Below, piece after piece: positions 1-9,127 of a stretch of 58,701 bases of DNA. The stretch spans positions 1 to 58,701 of the forward strand of contig JBPCVY010000032.1 in the NCBI GenBank assembly GCA_051010055.1, in the 5' to 3' direction. This DNA comes from Hyphomicrobiales bacterium (GTDB lineage: Bacteria; Pseudomonadota; Alphaproteobacteria; Rhizobiales; CAJQND01). Under the pieces are notes generated by a model. That model ran no database searches, was not told the DNA's origin, and saw only the letters and a list, made by a program, of their open reading frames with translations. Within the stretch, counting starts at the first letter, position 1; every line of letters begins with the position of its first letter. A program made the translations under genes and the position numbers.

Positions 1-921
1 TCGGTGCGCAATGTGATGTCGGACCTGGAGGCAACCGGGCTGATTTTCGCTCCCCATACAAGCGCTGGCCGCATGCCGACTGAGCTTGGCTTGCGGATGT
101 TTGTTGATGGACTTTTGGAAATTGGCGATTTGGGCGAATCCGAGCGCTCGCAAATTGAAGCCCAGGTGGCCGCGAACGGTGCCTTTGGTTCATCGGAAGA
201 GCTGCTTACCCACGCAACCAATCTGTTGTCGGGTCTGAGCCACTGCGCCGGCCTGGTGGTCGCGCAAAAAGCAAACATGCGTGTCAAGCACATTGAGTTT
301 GTGCCGCTTGAGCCGACAAAGGCGCTTGTGGTGATGGTTGACGAGGAAAACAGCGTTGAAAACCGGGTCATCGATTTACCTGCGGGATTGCCTGCATCAA
401 GCCTCACCCAGGCGGCCAACTATATAAACTCCCGTTTTCAAGGCCGCACCATAGAAGAAGTTTCAACCCGCCTTCACAAAGATATTGAAAGCCGGCAGGC
501 AGAGCTTGATGAACTGACCGCCCGGGTGGTCGACGACGGCATTGCCACATTGACCGAACAGCCGGGCGGCATTGATGGCAAGACCCTCATTGTACGCGGA
601 CGCGCCAACCTGCTTGAGGACATTACGGCGGTTGAGGATCTGGAGCGATTGCGCCGCCTTTTTGACGACCTGGAATCGAAACGCGAAGTCATCCGCCTGT
701 TGAATCTGACGGACGATGGCGAGGGCGTGCGGATTTTCATCGGTTCTGAGAATAATCTTTTTTCTCTTTCAGGCTCTTCCCTCGTGGTTGCGCCTTACCG
801 GGATTCAACCCAGAAAATCGTTGGTGTGCTGGGCGTAATCGGGCCAACGCGGTTAAACTATGGCCGCATTATCCCCATGGTTGATTACACTGCGCGCGTG
901 GTGGGCAGATTGCTCTCTTGA
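1..921 (+). CDS. hrcA: Heat-inducible transcription repressor HrcA (5' end outside window)
   Basis: The reading frame is open from base 1. The translation (…DLEATGLIFAPHTSAGRMPTELGLRMFVDGLLE…GVIGPTRLNYGRIIPMVDYTA…) matches the HrcA family. It sits directly upstream of grpE, the conserved hrcA-grpE arrangement. Confidence 0.93.
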   Translation, partial: SVRNVMSDLEATGLIFAPHTSAGRMPTELGLRMFVDGLLEIGDLGESERSQIEAQVAANGAFGSSEELLTHATNLLSGLSHCAGLVVAQKANMRVKHIEFVPLEPTKALVVMVDEENSVENRVIDLPAGLPASSLTQAANYINSRFQGRTIEEVSTRLHKDIESRQAELDELTARVVDDGIATLTEQPGGIDGKTLIVRGRANLLEDITAVEDLERLRRLFDDLESKREVIRLLNLTDDGEGVRIFIGSENNLFSLSGSSLVVAPYRDSTQKIVGVLGVIGPTRLNYGRIIPMVDYTARVVGRLLS

Positions 922-945
922 TTTTTGCCGCAATAACCCTGATAT
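917..945 (+). promoter_or_regulatory. Possible sigma32 (RpoH)-type promoter for grpE
   Basis: ctCTTGAT-N14-CCCTGATAT overlaps the hrcA stop, about 60 nt upstream of the grpE ATG. It resembles CTTGAA-N13-15-CCCCATNT, but the -10 element is imperfect. Confidence 0.35.
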
Positions 946-1006
946 CGAGGCGTGAATATCGACGGTGGCGCCCTTTAAGCGGCGGTGCCCGGGCATTGAG
1001 GTACTT

Positions 1007-1675
1007 ATGAGCAAATCTGACAAGACTGACGGCAAATCTGGAATCAAGAAACCGACGCCAGAAGAAGTCGCTGAAGCCCTTGAGCCGGGCAATGATAATC
1101 TGCCGTCTGAAAATGCGGACATTGATGCCAGCGAACAGCACAATGGCGAGCCTAACCCGTTTCAGGTCTTGGAAAAACTCCAGGCGGAAAATGAGGACCT
1201 TAAAATCCAAGTTCTCCGGATTGCAGCTGATATGGAAAACCTCCGCAAGCGTTCCGACAGGGAAAAATCTGAGGCATCAAAATATGCAGCTTCCTCTTTC
1301 GCCCGCGATATCATTGCAGTGGCTGACAATATCGGGCGCGCTGTCAATGCAGTTCCGGAAGAAGAGCTCGCCTCCAACGCAGCTGTTAAGAAACTTCTCG
1401 ACGGCGTGCAGATGACCGAACGCGAATTATTGAACGTTTTTAAACGCCATGGCATTGAACGCCTTGAACCGAAAGGCGAAAAGTTCGACCCGAACTTCCA
1501 TGATGCGGTGTTCGAAATCGAAAACCTGGATGTGCCCAGCGGCACGGTTCTTGAGGTGGCGCAAAGCGGTTACAGCATTGCCGGACGGGTTTTGCGCCCG
1601 GCAATGGTTGGCGTTTCAAAAGGCGGCCCGAAATGCGCTGCCGAGCCGACGGATAACGGCTCATCGGACGAATAA
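1007..1675 (+). CDS. grpE: Nucleotide exchange factor GrpE
   Basis: GrpE-like translation (…LRIAADMENLRKRSDREK…FDPNFHDAV…). I chose the ATG at 1007, which is preceded by GAGG, rather than the longest ORF start at 965. Confidence 0.93.
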   Translation: MSKSDKTDGKSGIKKPTPEEVAEALEPGNDNLPSENADIDASEQHNGEPNPFQVLEKLQAENEDLKIQVLRIAADMENLRKRSDREKSEASKYAASSFARDIIAVADNIGRAVNAVPEEELASNAAVKKLLDGVQMTERELLNVFKRHGIERLEPKGEKFDPNFHDAVFEIENLDVPSGTVLEVAQSGYSIAGRVLRPAMVGVSKGGPKCAAEPTDNGSSDE

Positions 1676-1844
1676 TCTGATTCCATTTGCTTATCGCGTC
1701 ACTTTCACTAATATCCAAAAGTGGGCTGAATAAGAGGTAGACGTTCAACCATCGGTTGAGCGGCATTAATGTATTTATCTCATGAAGTGAGCGATAAAAG
1801 AAAACACGGTCCGGACCTATTGAGTTTTCTGGAAGGGAGCAAGC

Positions 1845-2177
1845 ATGGCTGGCGAACAAGACAAATGGGAAATTTATGAAGACAAACGCGGTGAATTCCG
1901 CTGGCGGCGCACCGCCTCAAATGGCCAGATTGTAGGCAAATCCAGCGAAGGCTATACAAAAAAGCCAGATTGTAAGGCAAATGCTCATCGTCACGGCATG
2001 GACGGCAACCCAAAGGGGTTGGGCGTATCTGACAAATGGGACGTTTATCAGGACAAGCGCGGCGAATGGCGCTGGCGGCGTGCCGCAACAAACGGTGAAA
2101 TCACCGGGGCATCTTCAGAAGGCTATGTCAACAAATCAGACTGCCAGGCAAACGCGGCCCGTAACGGCATGGGCTAG
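1845..2177 (+). CDS. yegP: YegP-family protein (two tandem DUF1508 repeats)
   Basis: 110 aa with an internal duplication: KWEIYEDKRGEFRWRRTASNGQIVGKSSEGYTKKPDCKANA and KWDVYQDKRGEWRWRRAATNGEITGASSEGYVNKSDCQANA. This is typical of YegP/DUF1508. GGAAGGGAG lies before the ATG. Confidence 0.85.
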   Translation: MAGEQDKWEIYEDKRGEFRWRRTASNGQIVGKSSEGYTKKPDCKANAHRHGMDGNPKGLGVSDKWDVYQDKRGEWRWRRAATNGEITGASSEGYVNKSDCQANAARNGMG

Positions 2178-2199
2178 TTCCCTGTGAAATTTTATTCGG

Positions 2200-2236
2200 A
2201 AAAACGCCGTGGAAGCAGATGCGCGGCGTTTTTTGT
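2200..2236. terminator. Bidirectional rho-independent terminator between yegP (+) and alkB (-)
   Basis: aaaaacgccg (2200-2209) pairs perfectly with cggcgttttt (2224-2233). An A-run on one side and a T-run on the other allow termination in both directions. Confidence 0.6.
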
Positions 2237-2243
2237 TGGCGTT

Positions 2244-2894
2244 TTATTGTGGCAGATGCACCCGCCGCAACGTGAGGTTCACCCGCCCGCCGTTTTTAAG
2301 CAGCGTTGATGTTCCCTCATAAATGCGGCTGACACCGTGATAGGCAAGGCGCGCGCGCCCGCCCAGCACTACTACATCACCAGAAAATAGTTTGAACGAG
2401 CTGGCGGGGCTTTTCCTCTCTAGTCCGCCTATCCGGAACAAGGCCGTATCGCCAAGGGAAATGGAAACCACCGGCGCATCAAAGTCTTGCTCATCCTCAT
2501 CCCGGTGCAGTCCCATTTTTGCGCCGGACCGGTAAAAATTTACCAGGCAGCATTCCGGTTCATGCTGATAGCACGCAAGTTCGTTCCAGATTCGCAAAAT
2601 TTCTTGCGGCATCTGAGGCCACGGTTTTCCCGTTACGGGATGATTTGGTTGATAGCGGTAGCCGGATTTGTCTGACACCCACCCCAGCGTTCCGCAGCTT
2701 GTCATGCGCACACTGAACGGCTTGCCGGTGCGCGGCATCACCGGATTGAACAAGGGCGCTTGAGCCACTATTTCGCGTATAATTTCCCGCAGCGCCGCGC
2801 GCCCGGTTTCAGATATATAACCAGGAATATGCCGAAAGCCCTCCAGGCATTTGTTCCCAGGGCTTGGCGCAAAGGATTTTTTAACCGTATTCAT
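2244..2894 (-). CDS. alkB: Alpha-ketoglutarate/Fe(II)-dependent DNA/RNA repair dioxygenase AlkB
   Basis: The translation contains AlkB hallmarks: …CLVNFYRSGAKMGLHRDEDE…SISLGDTALFRIGG…GDVVVLGGRARLAYHGV…RVNLTLRRV. Confidence 0.9.
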   Translation of the reverse strand: MNTVKKSFAPSPGNKCLEGFRHIPGYISETGRAALREIIREIVAQAPLFNPVMPRTGKPFSVRMTSCGTLGWVSDKSGYRYQPNHPVTGKPWPQMPQEILRIWNELACYQHEPECCLVNFYRSGAKMGLHRDEDEQDFDAPVVSISLGDTALFRIGGLERKSPASSFKLFSGDVVVLGGRARLAYHGVSRIYEGTSTLLKNGGRVNLTLRRVHLPQ

Positions 2895-2917
2895 TGTTAT
2901 TTTTCACAGATTGTGCG

Positions 2918-2947
2918 CTTGCAGGCCGGAAATCAACTCCCTATATA
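2918..2947 (+). promoter_or_regulatory. Sigma32 (RpoH)-type heat-shock promoter upstream of dnaK
   Basis: CTTGCA (2918-2923), a 15-nt spacer, then CCCTATATA (2939-2947). This fits the E. coli consensus CTTGAA-N13-15-CCCCATNT and the alphaproteobacterial form CTTG-N17/18-CYTATNT. It lies about 145 nt upstream of the dnaK ATG. Confidence 0.55.
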
Positions 2948-3090
2948 CGCCACAGCGGCCAAGCGGGGGTTTACACGTCCGCAAAAGTGCCGAAAAGCTT
3001 GACGTTGCTGAGTTTGGGGACCGACCGGGTAAATCTGGTACCCACGGATGCTGAGAAAGGTCCATTCGGTCCGCCTGAAGGAGTAGAAAT

Positions 3091-5016
3091 ATGTCGAAGA
3101 TTATTGGTATCGACCTTGGCACCACAAATTCATGTGTTGCTGTCATGGACGGCAAAGAGCCCAAGGTTGTAGAAAATGCAGAAGGTGCGCGCACGACCCC
3201 ATCGATGGTCGCGTTCACCGAAGATAAAGAAGTTCTCGTTGGCCAGCCGGCAAAGCGCCAAGCGGTCACCAACCCAGAAAATACACTGTTTGCCATAAAG
3301 CGTCTGATCGGGCGCCGCTTTGCCGATAAAATGGTGAAGAAGGACAAAGAGCTCGTACCATACGAGATCGTCAAGGCGGACAATGGCGATGCCTGGGTGA
3401 AGGCGCGTGGCGAAAAGTACGCCCCGGCACAAATCTCCGCCCACATCCTCACCAAAATGAAGGAAACCGCTGAGCGATATCTCGGCGAGACTGTTACCCG
3501 CGCGGTGATTACGGTTCCGGCTTACTTTAACGACAGCCAGCGCCAGGCCACCAAAGATGCCGGAAAGATTGCCGGCCTTGAGGTTGAGCGCATTATCAAC
3601 GAGCCGACCGCTGCAGCACTTGCCTATGGCTTGGATAAGAAAGAGGCCGGCGTTATTGCCGTTTATGACCTTGGCGGTGGCACGTTTGACGTTTCCATCC
3701 TTGAGATCGGTGATGGCGTATTCGAAGTGAAGTCTACCAATGGTGATACGTTCCTTGGTGGAGAAGATTTCGATATGCGCATCGTTGATTACCTTGCCGA
3801 TGAGTTCAAAAAGGAGCAGGGCGTAAATCTGCGCGATGACAAGCTGGCTCTTCAGCGCCTGAAGGAAGCTGCTGAAAAGGCCAAGATTGAGCTGTCATCT
3901 GCCACCCAGACGGAAGTCAACCTGCCGTTCATCACCGCTGATGCGTCCGGGCCCAAGCACCTGACAATGAAGCTCACCCGTGCCAAGCTGGAAAGCTTGG
4001 TGGATGATCTTGTCCAGCGCACTGTTGATCCATGCAAGTCGGCCCTTAAGGACGCCGGTTTGTCTGCCGGCGAAATCGATGAGGTTATTCTCGTTGGCGG
4101 CATGACCCGCATGCCGAAGGTCATCGAAACGGTGAAAAACTTCTTTGGCAAAGAGCCCCACAAGGGCGTAAACCCGGATGAAGTTGTGGCCATTGGTGCT
4201 GCTATTCAGGCTGGCGTTCTGCAGGGCGACGTTAAAGACGTTCTGTTGCTGGATGTCACCCCGCTTTCGCTGGGCATCGAAACCCTTGGCGGTGTGTTCA
4301 CCCGCCTGATCGACCGCAACACCACAATCCCGACCAAGAAATCGCAGGTGTTCTCAACCGCTGAGGACAATCAGTCCGCGGTGACTATCCGGGTTTTCCA
4401 GGGTGAACGGGAAATGGCGGCCGACAATAAAATGCTGGGTCAGTTTGACCTGGTCGGAATCCCGACCGCGCCGCGCGGCATTCCGCAAATCGAGGTGACC
4501 TTCGATATCGACGCCAACGGCATTGTCAACGTGTCCGCCAAAGACAAGGGCACCGGCAAGGAGCAGCAAATCCGCATCCAGGCTTCTGGTGGTCTGTCTG
4601 ATGATGAGATCGACACCATGGTGAAGGATGCCGAGGCCAACGCGGAAGAAGATAAGAAGCGCCGCGAGGCCGTGGAAGCCAAGAACCAGGCCGAAGCGCT
4701 GATGCACTCGACCGAAAAGACCTTGAGTGAGCATGGCGACAAAGTTTCCGAGGCCGACAAGTCGGCAATTGAAACTGCCATCGAAGACCTCAGGGCTGCC
4801 CTTGAAAACGAAGACAATGATGAGATTGAGGCGAAAAGCCAGATTCTCGCCCAGGCATCAATGAAGCTTGGTGAAGCCATGTATGCCGCCCAGCAGGCTG
4901 AGGGTGAAGAAGCCCCAGAGACCGGCGTTGACGGCGAGCCTGTTGACGATGATGTGGTGGATGCTGATTTCGAAGAGGTCTCCGACGATGACGGAGACGA
5001 AAAGAAGTCGGCATAA
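3091..5016 (+). CDS. dnaK: Molecular chaperone DnaK (Hsp70)
   Basis: 641-aa translation beginning [18 protein letters not shown]… with full-length Hsp70 motifs. GGAG lies before the ATG. Confidence 0.99.
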   Translation: MSKIIGIDLGTTNSCVAVMDGKEPKVVENAEGARTTPSMVAFTEDKEVLVGQPAKRQAVTNPENTLFAIKRLIGRRFADKMVKKDKELVPYEIVKADNGDAWVKARGEKYAPAQISAHILTKMKETAERYLGETVTRAVITVPAYFNDSQRQATKDAGKIAGLEVERIINEPTAAALAYGLDKKEAGVIAVYDLGGGTFDVSILEIGDGVFEVKSTNGDTFLGGEDFDMRIVDYLADEFKKEQGVNLRDDKLALQRLKEAAEKAKIELSSATQTEVNLPFITADASGPKHLTMKLTRAKLESLVDDLVQRTVDPCKSALKDAGLSAGEIDEVILVGGMTRMPKVIETVKNFFGKEPHKGVNPDEVVAIGAAIQAGVLQGDVKDVLLLDVTPLSLGIETLGGVFTRLIDRNTTIPTKKSQVFSTAEDNQSAVTIRVFQGEREMAADNKMLGQFDLVGIPTAPRGIPQIEVTFDIDANGIVNVSAKDKGTGKEQQIRIQASGGLSDDEIDTMVKDAEANAEEDKKRREAVEAKNQAEALMHSTEKTLSEHGDKVSEADKSAIETAIEDLRAALENEDNDEIEAKSQILAQASMKLGEAMYAAQQAEGEEAPETGVDGEPVDDDVVDADFEEVSDDDGDEKKSA

Positions 5017-5040
5017 AGGCCGCATAGCAATGATTTGCGT

Positions 5041-5098
5041 CCCCGTTCAAGAAAAGGTGCACACACCTTTTTGGAACGGGGGCGCGCCTTCTTTTTCT
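5041..5098 (+). terminator. Long imperfect hairpin with T-rich tail between dnaK and dnaJ (terminator or attenuator)
   Basis: ccccgttc…aaaaggtg-caca-cacctttt…gaacgggg forms a compound stem, followed by gcgcgccttctttttc. Confidence 0.45.
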
Positions 5099-5170
5099 TA
5101 TATCAAAAGAAGTTCCGTTAACCGGTGTACAGAGCCGGTTGCGAAACAGGGGTAAGAGTAGCAGAGCGAG

Positions 5171-6310
5171 ATGTCGAAGCGCGATTTTTATGATGTGCTG
5201 GGTGTGGACCGGTCAGTCGATGACAAGGAGCTGAAAAGCGCCTATCGCAAACTTGCGAAAAAGTATCATCCGGATGCAAATTCCGGTGACGATGCCGCTG
5301 AAGCAAAGTTCAAGGAAGTCAGCGAAGCATACGATGCCCTGAAAGACCCGCAAAAGCGGGCAGCCTACGACCGGTTTGGCCATGCGGCCTTCGAAAATGG
5401 CGGACCTGGAGGGGGTGGCGGTTTTGGACCGGAATTCTCCTCCTCAATGTCCGACATTTTCGAAGACCTGTTTGGCGAGTTCATGGGCAGCGGCGGCCGC
5501 CGCCAGGGCGGTTCTGGCGGTGCGGCGCGCGGCTCGGATTTACGCTACAATATGGAAATTGATCTCGGCGAAGCCTACACGGGCAAAACCGCTGAAATCC
5601 GGGTTCCAACCAGCATTGCCTGCGATGTTTGCTCAGGCAGCGGTGCCAAGCCGGGCTCAAGCCCCACCACATGTTCTACCTGTGGCGGCCATGGCCAGGT
5701 GCGCGCCCAGCAGGGTTTTTTCACAATCCAGCGCACATGCCCGTCATGTCACGGCCAGGGCGAGATTATTTCAGATCCTTGCGCCGACTGCAGCGGCCAG
5801 GGCCGGGTAACCAAGAACCGCACCCTGTCGGTCAACATTCCTGAAGGTGTTGAAGATGGCACTCGCATCCGCCTTGCCGGCAAGGGCGAGGCTGGAATGC
5901 GCGGCGGCCCGGCAGGCGATCTTTACATTTTCATATCCATAAAGGCCCATGAATTCTTCCAGCGCGACGGCGCTGACCTGTTCTGCCGGGTGCCCATTGC
6001 CATGACGACGGCAGCCCTTGGCGGCGACATTGAAGTGCCGACAATTGACGGCAAAAAGGCGCGGGTAAACGTTCCGGACGGCACCCAGTCGGGCAAGCAG
6101 TTCCGCCTGCGCGGCAAAGGCATGCCGGTTTTGCGCGCCAAGCAGTTTGGCGATCTATATATCCAGGCAACGGTGGAAACGCCGGTCAACCTTTCCAAGC
6201 GGCAAAAAGAGCTGCTGGGTGAGTTTGCGTCAGAAGACCGGAACAACTCTCCGCAGTCGGAAGGTTTCTTCGCCAAGGCCAAAGCCTTCTGGGGCGGGCT
6301 GGGCGAATAG
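5171..6310 (+). CDS. dnaJ: Molecular chaperone DnaJ (Hsp40)
   Basis: J-domain (DFYDVLGV…[11 protein letters not shown]), a G/F-rich region and four CxxCxGxG zinc-finger repeats. Confidence 0.98.
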   Translation: MSKRDFYDVLGVDRSVDDKELKSAYRKLAKKYHPDANSGDDAAEAKFKEVSEAYDALKDPQKRAAYDRFGHAAFENGGPGGGGGFGPEFSSSMSDIFEDLFGEFMGSGGRRQGGSGGAARGSDLRYNMEIDLGEAYTGKTAEIRVPTSIACDVCSGSGAKPGSSPTTCSTCGGHGQVRAQQGFFTIQRTCPSCHGQGEIISDPCADCSGQGRVTKNRTLSVNIPEGVEDGTRIRLAGKGEAGMRGGPAGDLYIFISIKAHEFFQRDGADLFCRVPIAMTTAALGGDIEVPTIDGKKARVNVPDGTQSGKQFRLRGKGMPVLRAKQFGDLYIQATVETPVNLSKRQKELLGEFASEDRNNSPQSEGFFAKAKAFWGGLGE

Positions 6311-6506
6311 GCCTGAGGCCCATTTCGCGGTTTTTTAGCTCACAATCAATTCCTCACCGCCTCAGCATTCAGCCACCCGGCAAACGCTGGAGTCTTCAAT
6401 TTCTATTTGCTATATTCCGGACGAATATTTTTTGGTTTACAGCAATTTTGACGAAGCTTGACATGCGAAATTTCGAACTTAGCAGCCCCACCAAGAACTG
6501 ATCCGA

Positions 6507-7229
6507 ATGGGTGTGGAAAAATCCTTTTATGACTTCTTCCTGGAAAGCACTGAACTGCATATCGACAAATGGCACCATTATTTTGAACTCTACGAAAAGT
6601 ATTTCGAGAAGTTTCGCAGGCGGGAACTGAATTTCCTGGAAATAGGCGTCCAGATGGGCGGGTCTGCAAAGCTGTTCAGAAAATGGTTGGGTGACGGATG
6701 CAAGGTTACCGGGATCGATATTGACCCGCAATGCAAGCAGCATGAAATTCCAGGGCAGATTGATATAGAAATCGGTGATCAGAGCGATCCCCGGTTTTTG
6801 CAGGCTGTTGCCAGAAAACATTGACCATTTGACATCATTCTGGATGATGGCGGGCACAGGCTGTACCAGATTTGGACATCGTTTGATGCGCTTTTCGATC
6901 ATCTGAATGTCGATGGCATTTATTTCATCGAAGATGTAGCGCCCCAGTATTTTTCAAATCCGTTTTACCGCGCTCATCCCGAAAGCAAGACTATTGCGGA
7001 GTTCATTAATCACCTGTTCCGTTTGATGTGTGAAGACTCCGCAAAAGACGAGCTCTTTGAATATTGGATGGTTCCCTTGCATGAGCGCCAGTTGGATATG
7101 ATGGGCCAAGGGCGCGGACGTATGGTCAAATCCGTGAACCTGCACGATTCCATTATTGTGATTGAAAAGAATAAACGCCCGCCGATTTTGCGGGAAATAC
7201 GCAATCAGATTGACGAGTATTATACGTAA
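6507..7229 (+). pseudogene. Class I SAM-dependent methyltransferase (CmcI / sugar O-methyltransferase-like) interrupted by one in-frame TGA at 6822-6824
   Basis: ORF 6507-6824 (…HIDKWHHYFELYEKYFEKFRRRELNFLEIGVQMGGSAKLF…GIDIDPQC…IGDQSDPRFLQAVARKH*) continues in the same frame as PFDIILDDGGHRLYQIWTSFDALFDHLNVDGIYFIEDV… to the TAA at 7227-7229. I verified the frame codon by codon. The stop lies immediately before the conserved FDIIxDDGxH motif. Confidence 0.75.
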
Positions 7230-7260
7230 CGCCCATCTGTATGGCCCTGAAAAAGTTCCT

Positions 7261-7944
7261 ATGGACAATTTGGACCAATCCCCCTTTTTCAGCGTTGTCA
7301 TGGTGGACTATGAGCACCACGTTCCGCGCGATCGCTTTCGCAGGGGTGTGCAGTGTTTCGGAGAGCAGAGTTTTCAGAGTTTCGAGCTTCTGATTTTTCA
7401 TGATGGCCCCAAGGAAATGCCATATGAAGAAGAACTCAGCGCTGTATCCAAGCCCGAATTCTTGCGCACATTTGCAACCGAAGCCCGGGAAAATGTTTGG
7501 GGCCATACAAACCGGGACCGCGGCATTCGCGCGGCCCGGGGCGAGTGGATTGTTCACACAAACGCAGATAACGTTTTCTACCCTGACGCCCTGGAGAGGT
7601 TAGCTGCGAAAATTCACGACGCTTCACCGGTGGTGCAGGAGCAAACAGTAACTACCGAAAAACAGGTAGTAATCTTTCCAATCCTCATGCGCGGGATGGC
7701 GCCTGTCCGCAGCACTCTCGCCAAATGCCCGGAATATGAAGAAGAAATGACTTTCATCCTGTCCGGCATTCCGGTGAGGATTAATCACATTGACGCTATG
7801 CAGTTTGTTACGCGGCGGGACATTTGGCTGGCGGAGGGAGGCTGGTATGACACGAGTTTTGCCGCCGACGGCGTGTTGTATGAGCGCCTTGCGCAGAAAT
7901 ATTCAATTGCAGCAATGACAGAAGTTCTCGGGGAGCATTGGTAA
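7261..7944 (+). CDS. Family 2 glycosyltransferase-like protein
   Basis: FSVVMVDYEHH…FELLIFHDGP… and a DxD-like TNADNVFYPDAL resemble a GT-A/GT2 fold. I chose the ATG at 7261 (MDNLDQSPFFSVV…) because the longer ORF start would overlap the upstream gene. Confidence 0.7.
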   Translation: MDNLDQSPFFSVVMVDYEHHVPRDRFRRGVQCFGEQSFQSFELLIFHDGPKEMPYEEELSAVSKPEFLRTFATEARENVWGHTNRDRGIRAARGEWIVHTNADNVFYPDALERLAAKIHDASPVVQEQTVTTEKQVVIFPILMRGMAPVRSTLAKCPEYEEEMTFILSGIPVRINHIDAMQFVTRRDIWLAEGGWYDTSFAADGVLYERLAQKYSIAAMTEVLGEHW

Positions 7945-8221
7945 TGCGTGTCTTTGACTTCACATTCACACGTCAAATTCAAAACCCGTTGCCTGATTTG
8001 AAACACGGCACTTTTTTGCCCACTCCTGGCTCGGAATAAACAGAATATGCCGCATGGATTATTTCTGCCTACCATCTCTCCCAGAAAGATTTGGAAGAAA
8101 GCAGCGATGCAGCCGAGGTAAACCTTGCCTACCAGACCAAAGATGATTTGTGGACGGGGATACTCAAGCAAAACCTCTCCCAGCTGGTCGAGGCATTGGA
8201 AGCCGGTGACGCCACAAACTG

Positions 8222-9127
8222 GTGAACATTCTGGATAGGTTTGGCCACAGCTATACATTGTTTGGCGGAGTTTCCCTGGGAATTGATGGGTATACCCATT
8301 GGAACCAGCAGCCGGGCTACGCCGCCTATTCGTACTACGACAAACTGGTTCGCCTGGCAGAAGCGGTTGGCACGTTGGGCGTGGAAAGTCCCGAGCATGG
8401 CCCAAATGGCAACTGGGGCCGCAATCAGAATATTGCTGCTGACGATTTGTGCGCGCAGCTTGAGCAGGATATCGGCTTCAAGTTGGGTATCGAGCAGAAC
8501 GGGTTGCCGGTTTTCGGCCTTTTGGTTGGCTCAGGCCTGTTGCATTACAGGCACTTGAACGCTGCATATGTTGCTTTCCGTTTGAAGCAGATTTTGCGGG
8601 CGTGCAGCCACAATTCGCGGCCAAAATCAGTTATTGCTGAGTATGGCGGAGGGCTGGGGTTGGTTGCCTACTACATGTCTTTTTCAGACATAGGGTCCTA
8701 CCGGCTCTTTGACCTGCCGGTAACCAACGCCATTTCTGCCTGGTTTCTTCTGAACTGTGCACACCCGATCAAAGTGTCACTCTACGGGGAGACCGCTTCA
8801 GATGCTGATGGAACTGTCATGATCCATCCTTCCTGGCGCTGCCCTGATCTGGCAGATGCCTCTATGGACATCAGCTTGAACATCGATTCAATGCCAGAAA
8901 TGTCTGCGGGAATTGTTCAGGCATTCAAAAAAGAAATCCGCCGCTCAACGTCGCACTATTTTCTGAGCATCAATCAGGAGCACATGCTGCCGTTTGCCGA
9001 AGCCGGTGGAAGCCACAACCGGGTTTTCGATATTTTCGGTAAAGGCGCATATTTTGAACTGCTTTCACGCCATCCCTATTGGATGCGCCCTGGCTATGTT
9101 AAGGAATTGTGGAAGCCGGCTCCTTAA
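8222..9127 (+). CDS. Methyltransferase-like protein (putative sugar O-methyltransferase family); the 5' end is possibly disrupted
   Basis: VIAEYGGGLGLVAYY…LFDLP… resembles SAM-binding motif I plus the acidic post-I residue. No Shine-Dalgarno sequence precedes the GTG at 8222, and coding-like sequence continues upstream in another frame (see findings). Confidence 0.5.
   Translation: MNILDRFGHSYTLFGGVSLGIDGYTHWNQQPGYAAYSYYDKLVRLAEAVGTLGVESPEHGPNGNWGRNQNIAADDLCAQLEQDIGFKLGIEQNGLPVFGLLVGSGLLHYRHLNAAYVAFRLKQILRACSHNSRPKSVIAEYGGGLGLVAYYMSFSDIGSYRLFDLPVTNAISAWFLLNCAHPIKVSLYGETASDADGTVMIHPSWRCPDLADASMDISLNIDSMPEMSAGIVQAFKKEIRRSTSHYFLSINQEHMLPFAEAGGSHNRVFDIFGKGAYFELLSRHPYWMRPGYVKELWKPAP

Noticed and set aside
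1676-1844. An EcfG/general-stress promoter (GGAAC-N16/17-CGTT) upstream of yegP.
   Set aside because: No GGAAC motif is present at the right distance from any CGTT in this spacer.
6396-6902. 168-aa minus-strand ORF opposite the methyltransferase pseudogene.
   Set aside because: The plus-strand frame carries clear SAM-methyltransferase motifs across the whole span. The minus-strand translation has no recognisable features.
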